A stretch of DNA of 64,000 nt from Camelus ferus (Eukaryota): the NCBI RefSeq assembly GCF_009834535.1, contig NC_045707.1:62002001-62066000 (forward strand), written 5' to 3'. Position numbers and translations under genes: made by a program. The notes under the pieces were generated by a model. That model was not told the origin of the DNA. It saw nothing but the letters and a program-made list of their open reading frames with translations, and made no database searches. Below, one piece after another: positions 49,081-63,490 of this stretch (positions are counted from its first letter, which is position 1; each line of letters opens with the position of its first letter).

Positions 49081-50902
49081 ATTATTGCCAAATCTCTCTC
49101 AGAAGGTGATGGAGGAGTGATGCATTGCCACGAGTGAGGTCTGAGTGCCTTTATTTCCACTGGTGAGTCAACAGAGTATGTTTTCAAATTTTTAATATTT
49201 GTCAAAATAATCAGTGAGATGGTATCTTAGTGCAGTTTGATAGACATTTCTTTTATTATGAATGAGAGTGAGACCTAGTTGTTTATGTATGGTTAAGGAC
49301 AATTTGCATTTTTGTTGTTGTTTTTTTTTAAGTGAAATGTATGTTCATATATCTAGCCTCCTCAACATAGTAAAACTTCCCAAAATTGCAAATATGTGAT
49401 ACATTTTAGGACACAGACTTTTTTCACGCTACTGGTGTTTTTATCCATGTGACTCAATCATGTACTGTATGACCCTTCTGGCAGCTCTCCACCTTCACAC
49501 CCTCTTCCCCAGGGGTCAAGCTATGACTTAAAATATTGTCAATTGAAGAAGGAGAAATTGGCCAGGCACAGCTGGCTTCTCTGAACCTGTTGCAGAGTGT
49601 GTATACTCTTGACGAATTTTATTTTCCTGTAAACATAGTGTTAAAAACCTCCTTCCAAAGCCTGTAACTAGGCATGGACATTTGTCTAATTTTGGTATTC
49701 AGCAGGTAGGAGCCCAGTTGTTGCCTACAAATGTAAGGAGGATATCTTTATTTCTGGGAGACATATGCTACAGTATTGAGGAATAAATGGCCATGAAGTT
49801 TGCAACATTTTTTTTCAGGTGGTTCTTTAAAAAAAGAACACATACATGCACACTAATAATGCTTACCATTATATCTGTATTTACTTTTACCAGGGGTTAA
49901 AAACCAAAGAAGATAAAGTAATAACAGTGGATGAAGGATATATGGAAGGTTATTGCATTATGGTTGCAACTCTTCTATAAATGCAAATAGTTTTCAAATT
50001 AAAAATAAAAAAAAAATAAGTTGGTCATAAAAGAACAAGTATAGAAGAGAAAAGTAAAAGTCACTAAAGACACGAGAACAGAAATTATAAACAGGCCAAT
50101 ATGTTGTATATATGAGAGTATTACCAAATAGAAGTCACTGAATGAATCTTAGAATGATAAAATATTTTATTTGTATTAGAAAATTTAACAAATATCAGGA
50201 ATGATAACCATATATTTCTTTTTTATAATTAATCAACTTAGGACTTTTTATTTTGTAGTGAGATTAATATTTGGAACCAACAGTCAACAATCAGTCAAAA
50301 GTGCTTATTTTTTAAAAATCCCTTTGTTTTTTTATACTGAAGATAATATTTCTCAGTTGTTTCTCAGTTCTCAGCCTCTGAGATTTCTTTCATTTTGTTT
50401 CAAATTCCTTCAAGGTCAGGCAGGGGAGAGAAATACTTTTATTTCATAGTCAAGCTCTGTGGACACAGTTTTATCACTGCTTTCAAAGTGAGGAGATGGT
50501 TTGACCCCATGATTTATGATCTAAGTGATTTTTACTTGATGATACACAAATGTAATTTCCTTATTTGGGACACTGACGGTTGGGTAGCAAGTGTGCACAA
50601 TTTCTTTTCTTCTTTTATTGTGTCTTATATAAATTATCTTTTGTGATGAAATGCCAAAGGCCATGTGGTGTCAGGACCCAGGAACATAGTTGCAGCTTAG
50701 CAAACACAAAATTGTCACAAGTAAAAAATGATGTTCATGTAACAAATGTCCATAAGTCCTGGCCTGTAAACAGGATATGTATAAGGGTTTCAATTTCTTT
50801 TGTTTAATCATGTACCAAACACTTTCTCATTTATCTCATTATTTCAATCATAAATGAATTTGGAATTAATAAGAATGAAATATATTGTGCAACATTTAAT
50901 TC

Positions 50903-51536
50903 CGTAGCAGGCCAGAGAGCGTACGGTTCATTCCAGCTCCAGGATCTAAGTTACTTTGTTTCCTAACCTTTGTCCCTCCTGGTAGGTTGCTTTGGAACAA
51001 TCCCTTGAGCTAACCCAGGCTGGCAGCCTTCCTCAGACACTGATGGGCTCCTCCTGTACCTTTGCTTTCCTTCAGTGCAAACGCAGCACCTCCCAATATA
51101 ACTCCCTTCAATCTGCTCTCAAGCCAGGTCAGCTTCAGCCACAGTCCCGGCCTCAGGCTCTCATGGGTGAGTCATTTACAGGCCCCCAGGTTCCTTAGTC
51201 TTCAGGAGACACGTGTCATGGATGTCTCTGAATGGTCCCCTTTAAGCCCCTGGTTCATCGTGGATGAAGGGATCCCCCCCTTCAACCCTCGCCAACTGGG
51301 TTCGGGAAGGTTACACATCACTCCTGCAACTCACTGCAAAGGAATCCCCTCTAGTGTTTCTTCTGCCTCCTTTTTTACAGCCTAGTAGCGGATAAAGCTA
51401 AGGGCAGAAAAACCAGCTATGCAACTCTGAGCAGGCGCCCCAGCGCCGCAAGCTATAGGTCTACTTGGCATCTATGGTGCTCTTCATGTCCCATCAGAGT
51501 CCCATTTGCCATCCTATTATTTTTACGTCAACTACA
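50903..51536. mobile_element. Probable ERVL-class solo LTR
   Basis: GC-richer block of about 630 bp bounded by (c)gtag...ctaca inverted ends. Confidence 0.5.
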
Positions 51537-52079
51537 CAAAAGTCAGCTTCTGTGTTTAAGGGCCTTAATTAATACAAGCAACTTCAGAGAATATGATTTT
51601 GCTGTGCAGCCAAGGTGTGTATTTGGGAGTGCTCTTTGAGGACCACAGAATCTGAGAGGAAAACCTTGGATTTTACTGGATGTAAAACAGAATGTTAAAA
51701 AACAATAAAGGAACTGTAGAACTAAAGAGTAAAGAAATGAGGTGTTTAAGAACAATCCGGGCAGAAATGTACTACATTCTGCAATAATAAGCTAGGTCGT
51801 GTTATTTTAAACAATGAATATACATGATTGTGATCTGGGTGACGTGCTTCAGAGAATTGGAGGTTTCCTGAACACCCAGACTAAAGTCAGATGCTTGTTC
51901 ATTCTTAGTAACCAGTTAACCTCCCAAGGTCTGATGCTTCAGAGGCAAAAATGAGCAAGTGGAATAAATGGTAACTGCAACCACATTCATGTGAAACATT
52001 TTAAACTTTCTAGTATTTTATGATTCACTTTAAGATGTGCTCATGGAGTTATTTTGAGTCTAACTAGGTAACTGTCTAT

Positions 52080-52640
52080 CATTTAATTAATTCATTCAGT
52101 AAGTATTTTTCAGCTTTCGTTAGAAAGAGTGCCAGACCCTCTTCTAGGAGTTTGAAATACATAATGTAAATATATCAAGTAGACAACCTAGACATGTCTA
52201 ATAGACAATAAAGAATAAATACAATAAAAGTCAAGTTCTAGTAAGGAAGAATGTGCTGAGGGGAAAGGGTAGAGTAGGGTAAGGAGGCTCAGGAGTGGAA
52301 ATGGGTGAGGAGGTTATGGTTTAAATAGGATTGTCACAGTAGCTTCCTTGAGAAAGTGACATCTGAGCAGACTTGGAAGTGAGACAATTTACTACTGAAA
52401 GGTGGTGAGAGGCAAAGGGCTTTCTGGACTGAAGCCATCATTCAAAGTTCAAAGGCTTGAGGCAGGCTACCCTAGCCTGTCTTTATAGGATGAACAGTAA
52501 GAAGTCTGCGGGGCTGGAGGAGCCTGAGGGAGGGAGGGGGGCCAGAAATCATAGACAAAGTCAGAGAGACAAGGGTGTGGACAGAAACAGCAGAGGACAG
52601 ATGTAAAGATCTACAGTCTTGTGAGTAGCAGGAGCAGAAG
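52080..52640 (-). mobile_element. L2 LINE 3' end
   Basis: attcattcagtaagtattt...cttgagaaagtgacatctgagcagact. Confidence 0.75.
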
Positions 52641-55600
52641 GTTCACAGTTCTGAAAAATACCCAAGGACCTCCCTTTTGGCCCTGTTCAGGGTCATTTCC
52701 TCTCTCAAGGAACAAGTACGTTCAGAAAATAACATGACGTGCAGAGGTCACGTAGCTGATCATTGTTTCTGCTCAGCCCAATTTGTCCCACAGAAGTTGG
52801 AGTAGAGGAGAGAGGCGAAGGACAAAATACTGGCAAAAAGAGAGAATGCAAATTAGAGCCATTCCTTGGGCATCAAGAACATTGGGAAAATTGACTGTCT
52901 CACGTCTTTATTAGAGTAACTGTCTCAGTTATCTTATTTTAGAGAAATTAATTTTTCAAAATTATTTATTGATAAATTATCAATTATTGATCATTTAAAA
53001 ATTAATGATTTTAATGAGCATCAATGATAATCATTAATACAAGAGATCTAAGACTACCAGTATGACCCCTTCTCCAGCTAATCCATCCAAGTGACAGACA
53101 GTGCTTAAATCCCATTGAATTACGAGTTCCGATACACTATTTAGGTAATTTTTTTAGAGCATTTCTAAAAACCTCAGGTAGAATGTTTTCCAGAAGTCAG
53201 GCAGGGGACATTTTACTTATAAGTTGCATCTTGTTCCTAAGGATAACGGTGCTATCAGAAAACACACAAGAGACCATCAGTACTTCTCCCTGCAGGGGGT
53301 GTGGAAGTGGGGATGGGGAGTGTGTCTTGTTCCATTTAGGGGAAAAAGAGCAGTAAAAGTAGCTTCTATTCCTCACAGTTTCCTTGGGTCATCTCAAGAG
53401 GATTTTTTTTTTCTTTTTCTTTGAAAAGAAAATTATTATGCTTTCCAGCTAGACAATAAATATAGAGCTTTGTTTAAAAACAACGTTTGGTTCCACTTAG
53501 GTGGAAGCTAATAGAAAAATACAACAAATAAAATAATGAAGTTAATCATTACATGCAATGTCCTGGGGTCTCTTTTTTAGATAGAGAAAATGAAATGGGG
53601 TAAGATTTTAATCTCTGTTTATTGACTGGTATGAAGGGGTTGTGGAATAGGGGTATTTATTAGGCATCTGAACCAAGGGGAAAATCTATCCTTCCTTCCT
53701 CACAAGTAACCTCTGATAATTTAAGGTTATTTGAAATATTTTAAGTATTTGTCCACAATGCACAAAAATGAGGGAGTTTATTAATCTCAGAATAATTTTA
53801 TGGTAAGGCAGTTGTTATGGCAACTTAAAATGGAAATTTTAAGAAAATATTATTATATTTCATTTAAATCTGTTTTCATCGTATGTTCAATAGTAAAATG
53901 TCTATAGCAAAAAGTTACCTAAAATATATCTAAATTTTATGTAATATTTTGACTTAGGAAAAATAAATACAGTTTAATGAATAGTTCATTTAATATTTCT
54001 ATTATCTTATCTTTTTAAATTATAATTTTCTCTGATGCAGACACATCTTTTAAAGAAAAAAATTTCATTTTAAAATTATCAATAACACCTACAGCACAGC
54101 CGTTACTTCTACTGTGTTACTGATGAATTTTAAAACTCTGAATTTATCTAACCACATATTTATGTATGTCTGAATAAGCAGCTTTTGTTTAACTTCACAT
54201 CATGGTCCTAATATATGTACAGATATAGCCAATTAATAAACAGGGTACCAGAGGCAAACACTCTTGAATTCTGGTCAGTGCTGTACTGTTTAAGAACAAC
54301 GCATTTATCAAACTGGCATTTACAGACATCCTGTTAATCTAAATGTGTCTGGATTAAAGTACCAGCAATTTATTTCATCATTTCATCACTTACAAGTTTG
54401 CAGCATTAGTATTTAATCATTTTGAATTCATAATTATTATCCTTTGCTCCATGCCTTCTCATGGGTCCTCTGAATGACAGTAAAGCATTACAATCATATT
54501 TTGGGTACCTATTTTTTCTCCTAGTCTTTCACACTGATGAATATACTAGGAATGCAGTATGTTTGAGTACATGAAAGGGGAGGAGATCAACTCTGCCCAT
54601 AAATATTTAGAGCAAACACTCCCATTGTAGTAATATATGCAAATTAACTTCAAGTCATCCTTCCACCTCCTTTGTAGATTTATACCATTTCTGGTTGTGT
54701 CTTGAAGCAATGCTGAGCATCTCTATACATACATCAGTGCAAACCATGCCTTTCTTTTCCCAGTTACAATCCATGTAACAACTTACAAAATAGTGGTTAA
54801 GATTAACCTTTAAGAACAGCTGTGTATTTAAGATGGGTACATTGCTAAATCATTAAATAATATTATTAAATATTGCATTAGCTATACAGACAATATGGTA
54901 GTCTTGAAATACTGGTTTAATATACTTAACTAGAGCAAAAACATTACCTGCTTCTATGCTATCTTAAATATTCATGTTTTCTTTACCTGGAAGCCATTCA
55001 TCTCTACATGTATTTGCAACCCTGGTAAACAAACGCTAAGATCCTCATCCTGAGTTAAATTGATACCCTGAGATCAATTGGTTTTATTTCTATTTTTAAG
55101 AACCATATTTGTATAAAATTCCTACTGATAGTAGCAGATTTAAAAATATTCCGAAAATATTTCAAAAGGGACTACTTAGTCTGCCTGGCATACCTAACCA
55201 TATTTATATTTTCTGTTTTTATGTAGACTAAAGCTTTATAGTGCATTCCTTCGAATGTCCTTTTCACATTATTTCTTGCAACTCAGTCGAGGAGAGAAAT
55301 TGTTTCAACAGTGTTTGCATTCCTTTAGGGAAATGCCATATTCTTATTGGCACAGGGAGGGAGGATTATAAAACTAACCAAATAACTTAGTTTAGTGTAA
55401 AAGAAACCTTTTAACCAAAAATAAATCAGATGAGCACTGGTGTGGAGTAGAAAGCTTTGGTTCACTGTTTGCTTCCAAACTGAGAATGTCCCCCATGCAT
55501 AATATGCTTCCCAAAACTTAACGTACCCAATATAATCCTCTTGGTTTCATAATGATGTGTCTAACATCAAAGGAAAGGGAGAAAATTCAAGATGCACTCC

Positions 55601-55949
55601 TTACATACCTGCAGCATAATGGTGTGTGTTCCTGAGGGCTGCAATGAAAAAAGCCAAAGAACGAGACTTCTACCTATCTATCATAATAAAATCTGTATTT
55701 CTGAGAATTTCCTATGAGGATCTGGCTTCATTCATTTCTTCCTTTCACAGCATATGGATTTATGGAGAAGCTATTTGTGCCAGGCATTATCCCAGGTTCT
55801 AAGGAGTAAAACTGATACAATTTCTAACTTGTGGGTTTATTTTTCAGCAGGGTCAGATGTTGTGATACACAAAGATCCATCCTCTTAGCTGTCCTATGCC
55901 ACCCCCATCCCGAATGCACACATCCCCTAGGCTTCTACCTGCAGCTCCA

Positions 55950-56650
55950 TTCTCCTCTTGCTTCACTTCCCTTACTGACCAGTCTCAGACTTAACCGTGA
56001 TAATAATTATTCACTCCGCTTTAATACTTTCAAATCGACAATTCACATCTGCACTACTCTGATAAGCCTCCTGATGGCTCAGTGAACAGTCAGCTTGAAT
56101 GTGCCACAGGTAAAAGCAGAAAGCAGCAAATAAGAACTCAGTATCTTTACCCTGCACCTCCTCTCATGTCAACCTGCCCTCAAAGTGTCTTTAGTAGCCA
56201 TCCATTTATTAAGCCAACTGGTTTCCCAGTCTCTCACCTACTCATTCTCACTTGCTCTAGTTTTGGCCATGTCTCCATCAGCAAAACTAGAAAATATAAT
56301 AACAATATTGTAGTGTAATATAATACATATGATATGATATAATAAATTGATTTCTTAACTAATTTCACTACAGTTTCTCCCACTAACACTCAAATCCATC
56401 TCAATTACAGAAAGAATTATCATTTAAAAGTCTCTACACATGACAGTCCTTTTCCATTTAAATCTTTCCAAGGCTTCAGGTGAAAACCAATATTGTTTTA
56501 GCATGGCATAAAGGGTGCTTCATAACTGCCATCTGCTTATGTCATATCCTGCTACCTCCTTACGTTCCCCAGAACACCAATTGTTTAGCATGATTTTATA
56601 ATTCTTCTGTCTTTATCTCTCATCTTGTTTCTTTTGTCTAGAAATTTAGT
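55950..56650 (+). mobile_element. L2 LINE fragment
   Basis: L2-like phrases: attcacatctgcact, cactcaaatccatc, agcatggcataaaggg. Confidence 0.55.
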
Positions 56651-56659
56651 TCTGGATTG

Positions 56660-57965
56660 TTTTGAACATACTTTGTGTTCATATATACATATGAACAATT
56701 TATATATATATATATATATATTTACTTGACTAGTTACACAGCTATATACTTTATAAAATTATTCAATTATTTTTACTTTTCATAATTTCTGCAGCATTTT
56801 CCTGGATTTATTTATTTCCTTATTTCTCTGAGCGTTGTCAAAGTGGGTCTTTGAGTGGCTAATTTTGGAGGCTGTCATTTGTTTACCATTTAAATTAAAT
56901 TCACTTGGATATATAAATTTAAGTTTAAAGTTATATTCCACCAACCACTTTATAATTAGTACTCAATTTTTTATTTATTTATTTATTGCATCTTTGGTTG
57001 CTGTTGAGAATTCTGACGTCAGTGTGCAGTCTGTAGCTAATGTTTATTTTTTTCTGGAAGCTTTAATTTTAAGTTTATAAGTATACATTAGGTTTTTTAT
57101 ATACTTATTAAATATATTTCTAATATCATACATATTATATTTCATTATATTATTTTAATATAAAATGCTTTGCAGTCTATGAGCCATGTCAATCTTAGGT
57201 TCTTTAATTTTTCCTTATTTGACACTCATTATCATTTTCTCATGTATCTCTTCCTATTTATATGTATGTAAGCATATATATGTATGTATTTATGTCTGTG
57301 TAATATTTATATCTTTCTCTTCTTCCAGAACTTACATCTTCTGTATATTGGCCTCTTCTTTCTACTTCTAGTCTACATATCTCTTGAGCTTTATTTTTTA
57401 TCTCATCTACTCTTTATCCTTTTCTTATACCTTTTTGGAGACATAGACACAGTGATCATTCTGTTCATTCATTTTCTTCCATTGTGTCACATCTCTTTGC
57501 TCTTCTTTCAATCATTTTAATATGCATAACTCATATTATACATGGATATTGGTATGACTTCTTACTCCTGTATTGGTTAAAAATATCCTCTCTTTTCATT
57601 TTGAGAATATTTATTATAGTAAATACATTTATCTACATGTTCCAATAATCTTGCTTCATACTCCATATGTTACTCTGATAATTTTCTTTCTCTTAATGTG
57701 TTTAAACTCTAAGCCTGTAAGCTTACATCTTGGGATCAAAAACTATTCTGCCTGGTAATAGTTACTGGGGAGAGGCTGCTAAAAACACAGTAGCAAAAAA
57801 CAGGCATTCTCCGCTTGCGTGGAGCTTAAATTCTTTAAAAAAAAACAATTATTGAGGTATGATAGATAACACAAAAAGTTAAACATATTTAATATATATA
57901 AGTTGATGAGTCTGGAAATAAGTACACATCTGTGAAACCATCACCACAATCAATACCTTAAACAT
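56660..57965 (-). mobile_element. Old L1 fragments, including an L1MA/MB 3' terminus at ~57845-57965
   Basis: gttgctgttgagaattctga; ttattgaggtatgatag...tgtgaaaccatcaccacaatcaa. Confidence 0.65.
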
Positions 57966-58783
57966 ACAATTTATTTTTAGAGACTATGGCCTTCAGAGAC
58001 AATTCGGAAGTTTAGGTACCAGAAGTTCTGTGAGAAGGGAATATGCAAACTCAGCAATAATTTATAAAAAGAACTCCTAGTGAAATTATACAGTGGATGA
58101 CATGTTACTTTGTTCTGATAGGTTATTTAAAATAAATTTTAGAGACAAATATTACAGGTAAAAATAACTAAATTCAATGATGGCTAGTGCTGGGTTACAA
58201 AAATTTAGGATATTTTTGTTAAAATTTTGCAAATCAAATGATTCACTACCTGGGGATTTCATGTCTTCAGTCAGTGGGAAGAGTTTCTGTATAAATTCAA
58301 TATATTCATTCTGCACAAAAATCTTAATAAGGGGAATTTAGGTTATTTATTCTTCATTCTGTATAAAGCTAGGATTTTGCCTGAATCTGTTAGCTTGTCA
58401 CAAGACATTATTTTGATTTCTTTATGGAGATTGCTTCTGAAATGGTTTGATATTTCTAGCTGAAAGTAAAACAAGGTTTAATATGCAAAACTGAGTCTGG
58501 CGATTCTTAATAGCCTCTGATGAGAAAGGATTATAGCAATCTGTGCAAACTTGCTCCTCGGCTGCTCCAGGTAGAGTCAGAATCTTACAAGAGAGGCTGC
58601 ACAGGTCCCACTGGGATGGAAGCTGTAAGAGTAACACCACCATTATTTCACAAAGGCTGCTTGGATTCTGCTCCCTTGAGAAGGTTTTGATTATGTGAAT
58701 GTGCTTGCAAAAGCAGGCATACAGAAAAAAAAAAATCTGTCTTTTTAAAAGGGAAGGCTAAGACAGTGGAATACACAGGTGCT

Positions 58784-58809
58784 ACACACACACACACACA
58801 CACACACAC
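58784..58809. repeat. (CA)n microsatellite
   Basis: Direct reading. Confidence 0.95.
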
Positions 58810-60099
58810 GTCAGATGTGGGTATTGTTGGGTGCTGCCCAGATCCTCCAGCTGCTAAGATGTAAGTATCCAATAGGTCATAGCTGAGTCCCTTCCTACAA
58901 TTGGGAGCAGCCTTCCCCACAGTCATGGCTTTTCCTTAGGAGCAGCCCACCTGCAGTGACTGGTCCATGCTGGGATGCAAAGTTCCCTCTCTCTCCCGTC
59001 TATTCACTATGCGGCTGTTCAGAGCTATTGCTGTTTCAGAGTGTCAGTGGGATTGCCAGAGCCGTTTGTTCCAATTACGTCAGCAGTTCAGTTCCTCTGT
59101 GTGCTCAATTCTGTTTCTTCTCTCCTTTACAGACGGTGTTCTTGAGAGTGCACCGCCCGAAATTCCTGCATGCATTCAGATCTCCATCTTATCAGAGTTT
59201 GTTTTGGAGGAATCTGACCTACAACACACTGAGTGGCATTTTCCACTGGAATTTCTTGTGTTTCTGCCTTTGGAAGTCTTGGGCTTTGTCTGGTAGTTAC
59301 AGTATTTCTCAGCCCTCACACCCTTCTGCATTCCTGAAGGTTGTTGAAGTTTATCCAATAGACAATGAGAAATACCTTCTGCTGCAGGGGAAACAGCACC
59401 AGATATACAAAATAATTTTTTAATAATTACTCTCTCCTTGCATTTTTATTTGCTACATGTTATCACATTTACCTTTCACTTCATAACACAATATTTTTTA
59501 AGCTAGAAGGGGTTTTGACCAATAATTTCATCGGTTATATGGAAATTTACAGATCAACACTGTGATACTGAAAAGGGGTATAAGAGGTTCACATACATAA
59601 AACTATATCCAGAAAAGTAAAGTGTTGCATCACTGCATGGTGAGATTGGTTCTTGCTCTCAGAAAAAAATAGTTTGGGTTGCTTTCTAATCTGGATGGGA
59701 TATTTTTAAGATTCCTAGTCCTGGATCGCATCTACCTGGATTCTACTAACTTCTGCATCCTGTTCTATACTTCGTACCAATTGTGGAAATGCTGTCTAGC
59801 TCTGCCCTACTTAGCTGTGTATTTTTAAACTACAGTTGTCATTGGGTCCAGACTATACTTTAACTTGATTACCAAGCTTCAAGGGTAGCTCCACGCTGAT
59901 TCTATGTCTGTATTTAATTTCCTTGCTCCCCAAACTTTGTCACAGGTCTTTCAACTCCAGCTCCAGCTTCAGTATTCATGATGTACTCCTGCCCTTAGTT
60001 CTGACGTTAATAGGTTTTTTTATACTCACATATACTCCCCAAAGTGTTGCTTCCATCACTCATTCATCCATCCATTTCATTCATTCATTTAACTATTCA

Positions 60100-60507
60100 T
60101 CTATCTTGGGACAATTTCTCTAGAAGTGGAACCTGACAAGAGTTCTTGTTCAGATGATTTTTTGTGTGAGAGTGCTCTGAGGAAAAGGGAAGGAATCAGA
60201 TCAAAGCAGGGAGAAATCTCAGCAGGGTTGTGGCTCTCTTGGAGACTTGCTTCAGTCGGACCAATGAGGGATATTCTGTACCACAAATTGTACCACAGAA
60301 TTAATTCTACCTTGCGGCAATTGTTTTATTCAGTCATTGGCCAAGGTCTGAGATTTGAAAAGCAGAGAAACAAAGACAATTCTCAAGAGAAGGGGGGTAG
60401 ATATTAATTGTTACCTGGACCAACACTTTCAACAGTGCAGAAGGGATGGAAGCCCTGCAGCATCGTGGGGAGAGGGAGGCAAAGTGCAATAACCGTATAT
60501 CTACTGT
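60100..60507 (-). mobile_element. ERVL LTR (LTR16/LTR33-like) inserted in the TCAT tail of an antisense L2
   Basis: tctctagaagtggaacctgacaag...gagtgctctgagg...aattgtaccacagaa. (TCAT)n-like sequence on both sides; the L2 continues after 60510. Confidence 0.65.
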
Positions 60508-61614
60508 AGCATCCATCTGTCCATCACCCAGCATCCTTCCAACCATTCACTCATCCATCCAAAAGACTTACTGAGTATACATTTTGCTAATTTCTGGGAA
60601 TAAAAGAAGGGGTCCTTGATCTGAAAGAGTATGCAGTATAGTGGAGGAGATAAAAAGGCAATTAAGACCCAGAAAAAAAATAATGTTCTTTTATAGAAGT
60701 CTGAACTAGGAGCTCTGCACAAATTTAGGACACTCCTAATTCTCCCTGGATGAATGGGTTATAGAAAGTCTCCTAAAAGAGGCAATTGTTAACAGTAATA
60801 ACAAAAGGAGGTTATTAGTTGCTACAAAGGGTGAAGGGAAGGACAATGAATAACAGAGGTTATTACTGCTCATTCTTGATCGGGGAAAGTCCAGTCAAAT
60901 TCACATTTCTTTGGGCCTATTCTCCTGTTTGGGCAGAGATAAAAAGAGTGTCTAGGTGCTTGTGAGGGGCTTGATGAAATAGATTAGCGTGTTCCTTTGA
61001 CTCGGGTTTACTTTGTTAGACTCAAGGCTCCATCCCAAGGGAAAGAAGCATCAGAGTTTGAGGAAAGCTACTATGAAGAGAGATTCTTGACTTAGTCATG
61101 TGTCAGAGGTTTCCTAACGTGTTTCTGATTAAATTCTTACAATCATAGGTTGAAGATGATTATATTGGGGTTGGAAATGAACAGTGATTACTGAAATATA
61201 TCCCCAGATTGACTAGCCAAGTAGAAAAGTGAGGGATAATTCAGGTAAGAGAAATAGCATGGTACAGAACTGTTTTTTTTTTTTTTTTTAAAGCATTTAT
61301 TTGAAATCTAAGTGCATTTTTTGCTAGACAAGCATTTGGGCTAGGGTCACGCTGAGACTTGGCTATAAGAGAACTGACATGTCGTGGGAGTATGTTAAGT
61401 ACAGGAGCGATATGATCAATCTTTGCTTTCTAATATAGCTCTGCATGAGAAGATTTCTTCGAGAAATTGAGAGGGAGAGCAGTTAGCCGTGCATTTCATC
61501 TCCACGACGTGACTACCTCAAAATGATCAGGTCCCCCTTTTACTTATAACTAGAGCGGGAGGGGAAACAACAAAGCTGTTATTACTTTACTCACTGGATT
61601 TATTTATGCCTGTT

Positions 61615-62130
61615 TGTAGTGAACTCAGGTTGTCTTTGCCTTTCTAGATTCCCTTTGACCGACAAAAGCACTTCCAAACTTCTCGCTGAGTGTCCACCAC
61701 TCCTTTGTGGATTGCAGGTCAGGCTGGCAAGTCTGGTCAATGAGATTCATAGTAATTGATTCAAGGACGGATATGTGACCCAATAGGAGTAAAGAAAAAT
61801 CAGCCTTATGAATTTTGCACTATCAGGAAAGAAACATGCTCGTTTTCTCTGAGGTTAAAACATGATAAAATGCAGGTTTTTATTTGCCGGTGGCCATCTT
61901 TTACACTTTGTGAAGGAGAGCCTTCTCAGATCGAAACCAATATAGAAGGAAACAGAGAAAAGAGACCGGAAAAAATCATTTCCTGAAGAAGTAATTTTAC
62001 AACCTCAATAGAGCCATGTCTGAAGTCTAGTTATGGCAGCCTTTCTAGTATAGAGAAATTTCTTTTTGTAAATAAGCCAGATTGAGGTGTATTTCAGTTC
62101 CTTGTTCTCCAAAGAGTTCTGACTCATAAA
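61615..62130 (+). mobile_element. MaLR (MLT1-type) LTR
   Basis: gattcaaggacggatatgtgacccaa...ggtggccatctt...agccatgtctgaag...aagccagattgag...caaagagttctgact. Confidence 0.7.
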
Positions 62131-62824
62131 CTTACTTTCTTATCAAAGCTCCAAACTGCCTCCTGTCTGCCCACTCTTGATTCAGAAGCATGCTTCATTT
62201 CTCATTTATTCACTATTCATTTTTCTTTTTTGGATTTAGTAACATGATTTGGGGCTGATTTCTTCAGCTTAGATCTGCAGCTATTGGTGGGACGGGCTGC
62301 TCCCACTATACAAAGCTCTCACCACACAAAGTCATTTGCAGAATTCTCCAGTTATCTTGCAAGCCCCACTTCCCACCCCTAGCTTCTTTCTTGTCTGAAG
62401 ACACAAAATTAGAAGAAATTCACAGTAAGCCAGATAATTAACTGATGAAAGCATAAACAAAGAGATGACTTAAGAGCTCTTCAAGAGGCCATGGGACATT
62501 GGAAATGAGGGATCAGAGAGCGTTTGTAAGGACTTTGGCTTTCTTTGACACCCAGGTGAATAACAGCACCATTTACAAGAAAGTTGTAGGGAAAGATAAT
62601 ATAATTCGGGTTGTATGTCTTTTTATCTCAACTGCCCCATAACTAGTTTAATTTACTTCTCCATGGATTCTAATCTCATTACCAGTTTCCTCACATCTGC
62701 TCTTACTCCCTGCTACCTAAAAGCCAGAGAGAATTTTCAAAATCCAGTCTCCTTAGAATACTATAAAGACTTTCAACTGTTTTCAGGCGAAGAAAAAAAA
62801 AATCCTGTTAAGAAACTGAACTCT

Positions 62825-62936
62825 GAGGGGGAGGGTATAATTCAGGGGTAGAGTGTGTGCTTAGCATGCATGAGGTCCTGGGTTCAATCCACCCAAATTA
62901 CCACCCCCCCCCTCAAAGAAAAAGACAAAAAAAAAA
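62825..62936 (+). mobile_element. Camelid tRNA-derived SINE (Vic-1-type), internally deleted
   Basis: GGGGAGGGTATAATTCAGGGGTAGAGTGTGTGCTTAGCATGCATGAGGTCCTGGGTTCAATCC plus A tail. TSD AAGAAACTGAACTCT / AAGAAATTGAAGTCT (62810-62824 and 62937-62951). Confidence 0.88.
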
Positions 62937-63129
62937 AAGAAATTGAAGTCTAGGGAAACATTGTTCCAAAGGCACTGCAGAGTTCACCATCAACTAAGAA
63001 ATATTTAGTTACATTAAGGAAGTTATGTAAACAGCAACTATCAGCACAATCTGGCGGTCGCCCAGCCTGTCAGCCTTCGTTGGCCAAGCACGTCCCCCTC
63101 CAGTGAGTCCTGCACCCTGGCCATCCCAG

Positions 63130-63490
63130 TTCCTCAGAACACCCAGCTGCCTCTACTTCAGGCTTTCGGTCATGTCCTTCATTCTGTTGCAGCAACGCAG
63201 CCTTCCACACCTTATTTCTCAAGTTATTTTTGACTTATTTCCTTAACATCCTTCGCTAGAACAAATCCCCCTATTAAATCTTTAAATTGCTTTGTAATTT
63301 TTACCAGATCTGTAGTTTTGTGACCGTTCATGTGACTATTTGATTTCTTAAATTCCTTCCTCACGGAACAGTGTTGCTCCGTGAGGGTAGAGACCACAGA
63401 AGTGTTAGTTCACCATTATAGTCAACGTCTTGTTACTGCATGGCTCATTATAGAGCCCTCATTTATACGTATTGCTTCAAGAATGAGTGT
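63130..63490 (+). mobile_element. L2 LINE 3' end
   Basis: gctccgtgagggtagagacca...gttcaccattata...catggctcatt...aagaatga. Confidence 0.65.

Noticed and set aside
58956..59423. 155-aa and 109-aa ORFs
   Set aside because: Composition is C/F/S/L-rich with no recognisable domain or clear splice context; probably an old repeat.
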